Notes under the pieces: generated by a model | Database searches by the model: none | What the model saw: the letters and a program-made list of their open reading frames with translations, nothing else | What the model was told of the DNA's origin: nothing | From: Abditibacteriaceae bacterium | GTDB lineage: Bacteria; Armatimonadota; Abditibacteriia; Abditibacteriales; Abditibacteriaceae | DNA length: 64,000 bases | Assembly (NCBI GenBank): GCA_965277285.1 | Contig: OZ255721.1 | Location: 2,944,001 to 3,008,000 of the forward strand | Direction: 5' to 3' | Position numbers and translations under genes: made by a program | Part shown: piece after piece, positions 19,913-29,257 of the stretch | Numbering within the stretch: the first letter of the stretch is position 1 | Layout: every line of letters begins with the position of its first letter

Positions 19913-20212
19913 ATGAAGAAATTTGTTGCTTCCACCATTTGCGGTTTGAGTTTGGGCAGTTTGAGTTTGGGCGCGTTGGCATTGGGAGTTTCCGCCAAGC
20001 CCGCCATGAAGCCGATGGCCGCCAAAACTGCCAGCGTGATGTGCCCGGCTTGCCAGAAGATGGGTATGCCGATGCCGATGACCTCGAAGAAGACCAAGGT
20101 CAACACGCGCGCCGTCAAAGTCAATGGCAAAACGATGTACTGTTGCGCCATGTGCAAGATGACCACGATGACCACCAAGAAGACGGCCAAGACAACCATG
20201 AAAAAGATGTAA
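19913..20212 (+). CDS. Small exported Met/Lys-rich metal-binding protein (CxxC...CCxxC, TRASH/YHS-like)
   Basis: GAGGAG RBS, signal peptide MKKFVAST..., then MCPACQKMGMPMPM...VNGKTMYCCAMCKM. Confidence 0.75.
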   Translation: MKKFVASTICGLSLGSLSLGALALGVSAKPAMKPMAAKTASVMCPACQKMGMPMPMTSKKTKVNTRAVKVNGKTMYCCAMCKMTTMTTKKTAKTTMKKM

Positions 20213-20264
20213 AGCCGCGATGATCGAGTACTCGAAAGTCGTTTTTCATTAGGTGTTTGAACCA

Positions 20265-20298
20265 AAAGGGTGTAGAGAAATTATCTCTGCGCCCTTTT
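20265..20298. terminator. Probable bidirectional intrinsic terminator between convergent genes
   Basis: AAAAGGGTGTAGAGA-AATTA-TCTCTGCGCCCTTTT. Confidence 0.6.
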
Positions 20299-20315
20299 GG
20301 TTTGTCTTCGTTGCT

Positions 20316-21851
20316 TCAATGCTGGCCTACAGCTCGTGAGAGTTGGTCGCGGGCAACGGCCAAATCGAAGGCGGCTTGCGCCCGATTGACGCGTGCGCGT
20401 GTGAGAGCAGCCAGAGCATCCAGAACCTCGGCGTTGGTGGCGCGCCCGTCTTCATAACGCAAAGTGGCGACGCGGCTGCTTTCCTCGGCGCTTGCGACGG
20501 CGGCTTGTGCTGTTTGGATATTCTGCGCGGCAGCGCCCTGCGTGACCAGCGCCGTTTGTACATCGCGCTCGACCTGAAATTGAATGCGGTCGTAATCCGC
20601 CTGGGCGCGTTGTTGTTGAGCGCGAGCTTCCGCAGTTTGAGCACGTTTCAAACCGCCATCGTAAAGTGGCACGCCCAGCACAATTCCCGCCGCTGCGCCA
20701 CTTGAATTTGTGCTGCGCGACCGATTCAAGTCGGCCATCGCCATCAGCGCTATTTGCGGTTTGAATGCACTACGCGCCACATTGATACCTTCTGCGCTGC
20801 CTTCCAAACGCTGTCGAGCAGCCTGCAAATCAGGACGTTGCGTACGCGCCGTTTCCAAAAGCATGGCTAAGGGAAGTGCATCGTTCGATATTGCGGCTGT
20901 CGTTGAACTTGTCGGCTGTGGAAACGGCTGTGGAAACGGCGCAGCGGAAGGAAAAGGCACCACGTTTTTTATCGACTTGGCTTCGAGCGAAGTGGCTTCG
21001 AGCGAAGTGGCTTCGAGCGAAGTGGCTTCGAGCGAATCGGCAAGTGTGATTTGCGAGAGTGGCGAAACGCCCAGCGTCGTTTTGAGCATAATCTGCGCGA
21101 TGGCGATGTCGCGGTCGGCGTTGGTTACGCTTTGTGCGGCATCGGCTTCTTCGGCTTCATCACGCAACACATACAATGCGGGAATGCGTCCGACATCGGC
21201 GCTTGCGCGGTCGATGCGTGTGCGTTCGACTGTCGCGTTGTGGCGCTCTTCCGCCACAGTTTTGAGCGCCTGGCTCAGCAAAACCTGACGATAGGCGGTT
21301 TTGGTTTCAAGTGCGAGATCGAGTTGCGCCGATTGCGCATCGCTCTGGCTGGCGGAGGCCGCGGCCTGGCCTTGTCGCAACAACGCGCGCAGCCGTCCGC
21401 CGGTCGAAAGCGGCCACATCAGCATCAGGTTTTGGTCGGCAAATGCGCCGCTTGGGACTGCAAATAAGTTTTGCGGCATGACCGGTGCAGGCGTTGAAAA
21501 GATGCTCGATTCGTTTCCCGTCGTCAGAAAGGTTGTGGCGGAAACTGTCGGTTTTTCAGCCGCGCGGATGGCCGCGATTTGCGCTTGTTCCACCAAAATG
21601 TCGGCCTGCGCGCCGCGCACGACCGGACTATATTTCAGCGCGATTTGCACCGCTTCTTCGGTCGTCAGACTTTGGTTGAGAATGGGATAAGTGCCTGTTT
21701 CCTGCGCAGAGGACGTGTTGGAAATTGAATTGATTGTTTGCGCCGAACTTTGCCGTGTCGGGAGCAAGCCGCCAAGTATGAGGAACAGTGCAAATGGTGC
21801 GTAATGTGTGACATCGAGTACTCGATGCGTGCGGAAACGAAGGGGTTTCAT
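20316..21851 (-). CDS. TolC-family outer-membrane efflux protein
   Basis: Two OEP repeats (LTTEEAVQIALKYSP; ARTQRPDL...VPLYDGG...RYEDGRATNAEVLDA); last gene of the RND operon. Confidence 0.9.
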   Translation of the reverse strand: MKPLRFRTHRVLDVTHYAPFALFLILGGLLPTRQSSAQTINSISNTSSAQETGTYPILNQSLTTEEAVQIALKYSPVVRGAQADILVEQAQIAAIRAAEKPTVSATTFLTTGNESSIFSTPAPVMPQNLFAVPSGAFADQNLMLMWPLSTGGRLRALLRQGQAAASASQSDAQSAQLDLALETKTAYRQVLLSQALKTVAEERHNATVERTRIDRASADVGRIPALYVLRDEAEEADAAQSVTNADRDIAIAQIMLKTTLGVSPLSQITLADSLEATSLEATSLEATSLEAKSIKNVVPFPSAAPFPQPFPQPTSSTTAAISNDALPLAMLLETARTQRPDLQAARQRLEGSAEGINVARSAFKPQIALMAMADLNRSRSTNSSGAAAGIVLGVPLYDGGLKRAQTAEARAQQQRAQADYDRIQFQVERDVQTALVTQGAAAQNIQTAQAAVASAEESSRVATLRYEDGRATNAEVLDALAALTRARVNRAQAAFDLAVARDQLSRAVGQH

Positions 21852-22405
21852 GGGCTGATTGTCCTTTGAAGTTGTTGGCGTTGCGCCTCGTTGAGCAGAG
21901 ATAAAGCGCGCCCTAAAACTAATTGCCGTTGTGCTGATAGCTGCACGGATACGGCGCTATAATCGGCGGAATGCGCTTGCATGTCGGCGATCGTTACACC
22001 GCCTCGTGTTTGCGCTCCCTGCATCCAGCTTTGAAAAGCGCGGGCTTTTTCTTCTGCGACTTGCTGTAACGGTGCATTTTCGCGGTTGAATTGTCCTTGC
22101 AAGCGTTGCAGCGAAGCGACTTGAAAGGGCGATAAATGCAGTTCTTGGCGCTGCTTTAGAATCGTTTCAAGCGAAAGCAAAGCGCGCGGTTTGGTGACGC
22201 CGTGCCTGGCGACCATCGCACGTTGTTCATCCAGTGCGTGACGTGCTGCGTTGTCGCGCGACCATTGCGGCCATTGCACATACGCGATCACAATCGCGGC
22301 GCACAGCGCCAGCAACATCGCCGGGCCAAGACGAAAACGCGGGCGCCTGGCTGTTGAAGTTCTTACGGAATTGTTGGGCGTTGAAGCCGACTTTCGAGTA
22401 CTCAA
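21848..22405 (-). CDS. Hypothetical membrane-anchored helical protein (Spy/CpxP-like fold possible)
   Basis: One TM segment, then QELHLSPFQVASL...LSLLNEAQRQQL. TTG start at 22405 overlaps the RND TGA, with GGAGG 7 nt upstream. Confidence 0.6.
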   Translation of the reverse strand: MSTRKSASTPNNSVRTSTARRPRFRLGPAMLLALCAAIVIAYVQWPQWSRDNAARHALDEQRAMVARHGVTKPRALLSLETILKQRQELHLSPFQVASLQRLQGQFNRENAPLQQVAEEKARAFQSWMQGAQTRGGVTIADMQAHSADYSAVSVQLSAQRQLVLGRALSLLNEAQRQQLQRTISP

Positions 22406-25400
22406 GGGCGCGCCTCCACAGTCGCAATCGAGGTGGACGCTTGGCCGTTCGTTGCAGTGTTCGCCATGCCGTTCAATGGTTCGAGAGCCGCATTGTGAAT
22501 CGCCGCTAATTCGGTTTCGTTGTCTTCGCGGGTTGGCCAAACCCAATCGCGGCGCAGGAACGTTTTGTTGAGCCATCGAATGAAATCGTCCACATAAGTG
22601 TGCATGATGGGAATATCGAGCAGGCTCAACACGGTGCCGACGAACAAGCCGCCCAAAATGGTGGTGCCCAGCGGTTGATAAGCGTCAAGTCCGGTTTTGG
22701 GCGCAAAGGCGACTGGAATCATCACCAGAATTGTAATCAGACTGGTCATTAGAATCGGGCGCAAGCGTTGTGGACAGGCCGTGATAATCGCTTCGTCGCG
22801 CGGCACGCCGCGATCTCGATAGCGCGAAATCATGTCGATCATCAAAATCGCGGTCGTGATGTCCATGCCAGTCAAAACGATGATCGCCATGATGGAAACT
22901 GTCGAAAAACTCTGATGCGCCAGCCACAGCGCAGTAAAAACGCCCGCCAGTTCCAGCGGCAAGCTCGCCACCATTTGCAAAGGCTGCAAAAAGCCGCGAA
23001 ACTGCGCGACCAGAACCAGATACATGAAAATCAGCGCGAGCAGCAAGCCCGTCAGCAAGCGGCGGAACGAATCCATCATCTGCGTCATGTCGCCGCGCAT
23101 TTCCATGCCGTAACCAGGCGGAAAGTTCAGCTTCGCCATTGCTTTCATCATCAAGTCCATGCCGACATCCATCGAAGGCAAATGGCCTTGTCGATAATAA
23201 CCCGCGATGCCGATCACGCGCCGCAAATTGTCGTGCTCGATCAGCGAAGGCGCATAGCGAAATTGCACATCCGCGATGCTTTTAAGCGGCACCTGGCGCC
23301 CATCGGCTGCTGTAATGTAGATGTTGTCGAGATCGTTCGCATTGCGTCGCTGGTCGGGTTCATAGCGCACCGAAATGGTGTCTTGTCGCAGGTTGGGAAG
23401 ACGGAAGAACTCGTTGGTCAGACCGCCTCGTAAGGCGTAATACGCTTGTTGCGAAATCGCGTCCGGCGAAAGCCCCAGTTCCTGGGCGCGAAGCGGATCG
23501 ACTTTGATCACGTAGTTCGGCAAACCCATCGTCCATGTCAGCGATGGTTGGAAAAAGTTGGCGCGTAACGTCGGGTCGGTGCGCGCGAGTTGCAAGGTTT
23601 GCTTGCCCAGCGAATCGAGTACTCGAAGGTCGGGGCCGTACATCAAAACGTGAATCGGCGCGGCGGCGGTCGCCATCACGTCGCTGCCCATTTCCTTAAT
23701 TTGCAAGCGGCGAATGCCTGGAATTGTCGCCATCGCCTCGCTTTGAATGGCGTCCATCACTTGCCAGATAGTTTTGCGGCGCGTGCCTTTATCGGAAAAA
23801 GTCAGCATCATCGACGCCGCGAACGGGCTGGGCATCGAGTAACCAGTGAAATACGGATTCCAACTTTCCTGCATCGTTTCCTGCCCAACTTCGACCGAAG
23901 CGCGTTCCAGTTCGGGATGCTTTAGCATGATGCGTTCGAGCTGATGCGCCGCGCGTTCAGTCGCGGCGAACGAGGTTCCGGGCTGCATTTCCAGAAAGCC
24001 GTTCGCTTGTCCGACATCGGCCAGCGGCATCATTTCGCTACCGATGAAATAGTAGAACGTAAAACCGACCATGACCGTAGCCAGAACGCGGCAAAAGTTC
24101 ACGAAGCGATGTTGCAACATCCACGCAATGAGCCGCCCGTAAGCGGCTTCCAAGCGCGCCAAGCCACGCTGAAACGGATCGACGACGCGATACAGGTACT
24201 TCAAAAATGGATGATGACGATCCGCTTCGCGCGCGCTTTCGGGGCGCAGCCAATTGGCACACAGCAACGCTGTGAGGGTAAAGGAAACCAGCATCGAAGC
24301 GAGTAGCGCGAAGATGATCGGCCACACCAGTTCGACGAACATCAGTTGCGTGATGCCGCCGCAAAAGAGCAGCGGAGCCAGCGCTAAAACCAACATCAAT
24401 GTCGAAGCGAGAACCGCCAATCGCACCTCGGCGATGCCGTCAATGGTCGCGGTTTTGGCGTCTTTGCCCATTTGCAAATGCCGCTCGACCGAGTGAATGT
24501 CGATGATGGTATCGTCCACCAGGCGACCAATCGACAGCAGCAAACCGATGAGCGTGCCGGAATTGAAGGTCAGGCCGAAAGGCACCATGCACAAAATCGC
24601 CAAAGCCAGAGAAACCGGAATGGTGATCATCGAAATCAGGGTGCCGCGCCATTCGCCCAGAAACAAGAGAACCGCCAGCCCGCACATCAAAATGGCGACG
24701 CCCAGTTCGTGCCACACGTTATCGAACAAAATATCGGTGAACTTTTTGTTGTCGTAAGCGACCTGAAAATGCACGCCCGCGTTGTCGCGCTCGATGTCGC
24801 GCACGACTTTCATCACTGCGGGAACCACAAACGCCGAACTCGCGCCCGGATTTTGAATGACCGAAACCTCAATCGCGTTTTGCGTAGATCCCGGCGTTCC
24901 CACTGCGTGATCCAGAAAATGATAGGCGCTGCGGCGCTCCCAGTAGCCATCAACGACGCGCGCCACATCGCGTACCGAGATCAAACGTGGACGCTGATAA
25001 TTGACTGTGTTCTGCGAACTTGTCGCAGTCGCCACCGGCAAACTGTCGGACGACGCGCCGCCCATTCCGCCGCCGCTGCTCACACTTCGAGTACTCGATA
25101 GAGCGCCCGCCATGTTGAGCGACGCAATCGGATAATTCAAAATGTCTTGCGCATTCGCGGCGTGCGTGTCGATGCGGACGGTCGCTTCCCGGTTGTCGCT
25201 GGTGATGTTTCCCGCCGGACGACTCACGTTGTTGCGGTCAATGGCATTTTTTACGTCTAAAATGGAAAGTCCGTAAGCCGCCAGTTTGTTGCGATCGACA
25301 ACGACTTGAAGCTGCCGCCGATAGCCGCCAAACGGCACGACAGAATAAACATCGGGCACGGTTTTGAGACGGTTTTGAACTTCGTTGTCGGCGAATTGGC

Positions 25401-25932
25401 GCAGTTTGGCGGGCGTCCAGCCTTGCGCGGCGTCGCCGGAAAGCGCCAGCGACAAAATCGGCAAATTGAGCGCGTCAATCGGCACGACCCATGACGGCTT
25501 GAGGTTGGCGCCGGTCGCGGGAAGGTTCGCCTGCGCCACGTTGAGCAGCACCTGTACATCGAAAATCGCCTTCTTCATGTCGCTGCCGTAAGGAAACTCC
25601 AGCGCGACCATTGAAAAACCGTCCTGCGAAGTCGAGCGAATGGTGCGCACGCCCATCACGTTGACCATTTGTTCTTCTATCGGCTTGGAAACCTGCGATT
25701 CCATTTCTTCCGCCGACAAACCTGGCATCATCGTCACGACGCCGACAACCGGGCTGGGCACATAAGGCGCGAAACGGCGCGGTATCACGAAATTGATAGC
25801 GATGACCGCCAGCGCGACCGCCGCCACATAAAACGCGATAACCGTATAAGGGTGCTCGATGCTCCATTTGTGAATCAGGTGCAACGGATTGATGCCGCGC
25901 GAATCGTGGCGCGAAGGCGGCGAATTTCTCAT
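22402..25932 (-). CDS. RND efflux permease (AcrB/CusA superfamily)
   Basis: PGLSAEEMESQVSKPIEE, GRLVDDTI and ACPQRLRPILMTS motifs; 1176 aa. Confidence 0.93.
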   Translation of the reverse strand: MRNSPPSRHDSRGINPLHLIHKWSIEHPYTVIAFYVAAVALAVIAINFVIPRRFAPYVPSPVVGVVTMMPGLSAEEMESQVSKPIEEQMVNVMGVRTIRSTSQDGFSMVALEFPYGSDMKKAIFDVQVLLNVAQANLPATGANLKPSWVVPIDALNLPILSLALSGDAAQGWTPAKLRQFADNEVQNRLKTVPDVYSVVPFGGYRRQLQVVVDRNKLAAYGLSILDVKNAIDRNNVSRPAGNITSDNREATVRIDTHAANAQDILNYPIASLNMAGALSSTRSVSSGGGMGGASSDSLPVATATSSQNTVNYQRPRLISVRDVARVVDGYWERRSAYHFLDHAVGTPGSTQNAIEVSVIQNPGASSAFVVPAVMKVVRDIERDNAGVHFQVAYDNKKFTDILFDNVWHELGVAILMCGLAVLLFLGEWRGTLISMITIPVSLALAILCMVPFGLTFNSGTLIGLLLSIGRLVDDTIIDIHSVERHLQMGKDAKTATIDGIAEVRLAVLASTLMLVLALAPLLFCGGITQLMFVELVWPIIFALLASMLVSFTLTALLCANWLRPESAREADRHHPFLKYLYRVVDPFQRGLARLEAAYGRLIAWMLQHRFVNFCRVLATVMVGFTFYYFIGSEMMPLADVGQANGFLEMQPGTSFAATERAAHQLERIMLKHPELERASVEVGQETMQESWNPYFTGYSMPSPFAASMMLTFSDKGTRRKTIWQVMDAIQSEAMATIPGIRRLQIKEMGSDVMATAAAPIHVLMYGPDLRVLDSLGKQTLQLARTDPTLRANFFQPSLTWTMGLPNYVIKVDPLRAQELGLSPDAISQQAYYALRGGLTNEFFRLPNLRQDTISVRYEPDQRRNANDLDNIYITAADGRQVPLKSIADVQFRYAPSLIEHDNLRRVIGIAGYYRQGHLPSMDVGMDLMMKAMAKLNFPPGYGMEMRGDMTQMMDSFRRLLTGLLLALIFMYLVLVAQFRGFLQPLQMVASLPLELAGVFTALWLAHQSFSTVSIMAIIVLTGMDITTAILMIDMISRYRDRGVPRDEAIITACPQRLRPILMTSLITILVMIPVAFAPKTGLDAYQPLGTTILGGLFVGTVLSLLDIPIMHTYVDDFIRWLNKTFLRRDWVWPTREDNETELAAIHNAALEPLNGMANTATNGQASTSIATVEARP

Positions 25933-28556
25933 GGCTTCACCGCGCTTGCTGTGGCACCGCCATCATTCACAATGACTTTGCCGTGCAACATTCCCATCCC
26001 GCATTGAAACAAAATTGCGCCTGTTTTCTGCGGCGTCAAATTGATGACGACTGGCTGATTGAGCGGCAATTTCTGGTCGATTTTCAAAGCCGGAAAAAGA
26101 ACTTCCGTGCCACACGTCGTGGAACTGGTGCGCAAAAATGTGATCTGCGCGGGCACGCCTTTCTTCAGCGAAAGCGTTGGCGGCTGATAGCCGGTATCTG
26201 AAACCACAATGCGCGCGGTTTGAACCTTCGGATTTTGAACCTTTGCGGGTTGGGCGTTCAGGTTTTGTAATGTTGTGGGCGCCGTCGAAGTTCGAGTACT
26301 CGAACTCGTGTTAGCGGTCTTCGTGCTCGCCGTTTGATCTGTCGCATCGCCGGAGTTTTGCGACGCGCTGTCAGAGATCGGATTTACAGCATCACCATTT
26401 TTGAGGTTTTCAAAGCCTTGCGTGATAACATGCGTGTCATCGCTCAGGCCGCCGACAACCTGGGTCGAATTGCCATCGGTGCCACCAATTTGAACCGAAA
26501 TCAGGCGTGCGCGCCACTGGCCGCCGGTCGAGAGCGGCGTTAGTTTCATGCCGCAGATCGGGCAGTCGCCGGGCTTTTCCTCGCGGATTTGTGGGTGCAT
26601 CGTGCAGGTGTAAATCGGTTTGGCGGCTTGCGCGGGCTGCATCGTCCAAAGCGTCGCGTTCTGGCTTGTCGGTATCACGTCGGAAGATGATGATTGCTGC
26701 ATCACAATCGCATCGTTGGGCACCTCGAAGGCGCCCGAACTTTGTGAAGTGGCGATATCCATCGTGATGGCTTCACCGGGCTTGAAACGATTGTCGGCGT
26801 TGGGCGCGACCGCTTCGACAATTCCCGTTCGGCTGGCGGCGTCGCTGGTCGGAAAGACGGCGCTGACACGCGTATCGAGTACTCGATTGCCATCCAGAGA
26901 GCGCACTTTCACATTCTGTCCCAATTGAATATGCGCCAGATCGGAGGCCGCGATATTGGCTTGAAAACGCACTTTGGAGACCTGCGCGATTTTCAAAATC
27001 ACCGCGCCGGAATTGACCAGAACACCCGGCGCCACCAATCGCTGCGTGACAATGCCATCGTCTGTCGCGCGAATTTCGGTGTAGCCACGCACAATCGAGG
27101 CTTCGCTGAGCGCGGCTCCCGCCTGCTGCGCGGCGATTTGCGCTTGCGTCGTTCCCATCTGCGCTTTGGAAAGAGCCGCGTCGGAACCTTGCGCCATCGC
27201 GTCCGCCGTATTTACTCCAGCGCGCGCCTGATCGACTTTGGCGCTCGCAGAACGCACATTTTGACCGCTTTGATTGAGTTGTTCCTGCGCAACTCCGACC
27301 GCAGCCTGGCTTTGCGCGACGTGTGACTGAGCGCGCTCTACCTCCGCCGCCATTTGCGCAACTTTGGCGGAAGCGGACTGTATGTTCGCATCGCTGCGCG
27401 CCAAGTTGTCCTGCGCGACACGAATGCGCGCCTGGGCACCGCGAACGCGCGCCTGGGCTTGTCGCACTTGCGCCGCTTGCGCTGCGATGTCGCTGCGCGC
27501 GGCATCTACGGCGGCCAGCATTTGATTGAGTTTGGCCTGAGCGTTGCGTGCGGCGGCCTGATCTTGTTGAAATTCTTCTTTTGAAACGGCGCCTTGCTTC
27601 AACAATGCCTGCGAACGCGCGAGCTTGGCGCTTTGGAAATCGGCGTCGGCGCGCGCGGCTTCGACATTGGAGGCGGCTTGCGGCAGCTTGGCGCCGACAC
27701 TTTGCGACTGGGCTTGCACGTTTTGGACTTCGCCACGCGCGTCATCCAGAGCCGAACGCGCGTCATCAAGTTCACCTTCGCGCATTTTACGGTCGCGCTG
27801 CGCCGCCATCACATCGGCACGCGCGCCGACCACGCCACGTTGTGCGCTGTCGAGCGCGGCCAGTGCATCGAGTACGCCGGAGCGCGCCGAAGAAACGCTA
27901 AGCGCCGCCTGTCGCACAGCATCGCGCGAACCGGCAAGCGCGGCCAAGGTGTCTTGAACTCCGCCGCTGGCGCGCTGAATTTCGGCTTGCGACTGCAAGC
28001 GATTCGCCTGCGCCTGTTGAATCTCGGTCGCAGCGATGGCACGTTGTTCTCGTGCAGCAGCGGCAGCCAAACGCGCCTGTTCTTCCTTCGCGCCTAACTC
28101 CGCGCTATCCAGGCGCACCAAAAGCTGCCCGCGATGCACGCGGTCGCCCGTATAAACCGGCAAATCGAGTACTCGGCCTGTCACGCGCGCTGCAACTTCC
28201 TGATCGTTGAACGGCACGACCGAACCGCTCAACGTCAATCGTGCGCTGAAGTTGCCTCGCCGAACTGTGACAAACGAAACCGGCACCGTGCCGACCGGCG
28301 GTTTCATCACGCTCATGTCCATCGCTTGCGCTTCGATGACGCTCATCGAACCCGCGCGCCGAAAATGACCGACAACATAACGCGCTACCAGAAAGATGCC
28401 GACCAGAAGCGCAAGCGCGCCCAAAGTGCTGCGATTGACGGCGCGACGCGGCGTTTTTTCGTTTGCCGCCAACTCCGACGCTACCAACTCCGATTTTGTG
28501 GGCGGAGTGCCCGAAGAAAAACTCATTGCTGTTCCTTCACGCTTTTTGTGAATCAA
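25929..28556 (-). CDS. RND membrane-fusion protein with very long coiled coil, heavy-metal-binding domain and C-terminal cupredoxin-like domain
   Basis: Biotinyl-lipoyl halves (ARVTGRVLDLPVYTGDRV; IRATDDGIV), YTCTMHPQIREEKPGDCPICGMKL, and GYQP...CGTEV...FQCGMGMLHG. Start could be ~30 nt downstream (MSFSSG). Confidence 0.88.
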   Translation of the reverse strand: MIHKKREGTAMSFSSGTPPTKSELVASELAANEKTPRRAVNRSTLGALALLVGIFLVARYVVGHFRRAGSMSVIEAQAMDMSVMKPPVGTVPVSFVTVRRGNFSARLTLSGSVVPFNDQEVAARVTGRVLDLPVYTGDRVHRGQLLVRLDSAELGAKEEQARLAAAAAREQRAIAATEIQQAQANRLQSQAEIQRASGGVQDTLAALAGSRDAVRQAALSVSSARSGVLDALAALDSAQRGVVGARADVMAAQRDRKMREGELDDARSALDDARGEVQNVQAQSQSVGAKLPQAASNVEAARADADFQSAKLARSQALLKQGAVSKEEFQQDQAAARNAQAKLNQMLAAVDAARSDIAAQAAQVRQAQARVRGAQARIRVAQDNLARSDANIQSASAKVAQMAAEVERAQSHVAQSQAAVGVAQEQLNQSGQNVRSASAKVDQARAGVNTADAMAQGSDAALSKAQMGTTQAQIAAQQAGAALSEASIVRGYTEIRATDDGIVTQRLVAPGVLVNSGAVILKIAQVSKVRFQANIAASDLAHIQLGQNVKVRSLDGNRVLDTRVSAVFPTSDAASRTGIVEAVAPNADNRFKPGEAITMDIATSQSSGAFEVPNDAIVMQQSSSSDVIPTSQNATLWTMQPAQAAKPIYTCTMHPQIREEKPGDCPICGMKLTPLSTGGQWRARLISVQIGGTDGNSTQVVGGLSDDTHVITQGFENLKNGDAVNPISDSASQNSGDATDQTASTKTANTSSSTRTSTAPTTLQNLNAQPAKVQNPKVQTARIVVSDTGYQPPTLSLKKGVPAQITFLRTSSTTCGTEVLFPALKIDQKLPLNQPVVINLTPQKTGAILFQCGMGMLHGKVIVNDGGATASAVKP

Positions 28557-28696
28557 GCACTCGTTTCCAAGCTTTTTACAGCCAGAACGATGCTAACCCA
28601 TTGACTTTCCCGACTGGCGAAACGTCAATTTGCCGCGATCTCACCAAATGGAGACGCGACAAATCGTTGCCGTCAAAGGAGTGAGGGCAACGAAAC

Positions 28697-29137
28697 TTAA
28701 AGCGTGGGAGGAGCGCGTCCAGCTAAAGCCGCCGGACGTTGAAGGGAAGAAGACTTCGGGGGAGGGTGAAAGGAAAGCGCCCGCCACGTTCGTTCGGGAA
28801 CGCTCAATTGCAGACTCTGAGGCCACACAACGGCGACGGACGCGACCTGCGGAACGGGATGAACGTGCGGCGTGGAAGTGTCGGCCAGTGTAAAAGAGTG
28901 CTGCGAATGCTTATCGTCGGTTTGTGGCGACGGAGGAAGCGACAAAGGTTTGCAACACTTGCCGCCCATGTGAGCGCACGGCATGGCGGCTGAAGTTGGC
29001 ATCGCATCACGACAAACTTCGGTCGCGTCGCCGATTCTGCCCGTCATCGGACACGCCCACAAAGTCGCTGGCAATTGAAAAGCAAACATTGCCAGCAAGC
29101 TGAGGAGAAGAAACAGCGGACGGCGTGCCATTTTCAT
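28697..29137 (-). CDS. DUF2946/CruR/CutF-like leader protein: signal peptide, Cys cluster, C-terminal RAPP
   Basis: MKMARRPLFLLLSLLAMFAF..ACPM..VC..PCAHMGGKCCKP...ALAGRAPPTL*; first ORF upstream of the MFP-RND-TolC operon. Confidence 0.7.
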   Translation of the reverse strand: MKMARRPLFLLLSLLAMFAFQLPATLWACPMTGRIGDATEVCRDAMPTSAAMPCAHMGGKCCKPLSLPPSPQTDDKHSQHSFTLADTSTPHVHPVPQVASVAVVWPQSLQLSVPERTWRALSFHPPPKSSSLQRPAALAGRAPPTL

Positions 29138-29257
29138 GAGGTCGAAAGATGTTACAGTGAGCGCGTCGTTCCAAGTTCCGCAGAGCAGATAAAAATTATC
29201 CCGCGCTTTTCGTCATTACATACCAGATACATCAATTTTTTGTTTTAACGTTATCGT

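Noticed and set aside
19762..20265. 167-aa minus-strand hydrophobic ORF
   Set aside because: It is antisense to the Met/Cys-rich exported protein, which has a strong RBS and a signal peptide.
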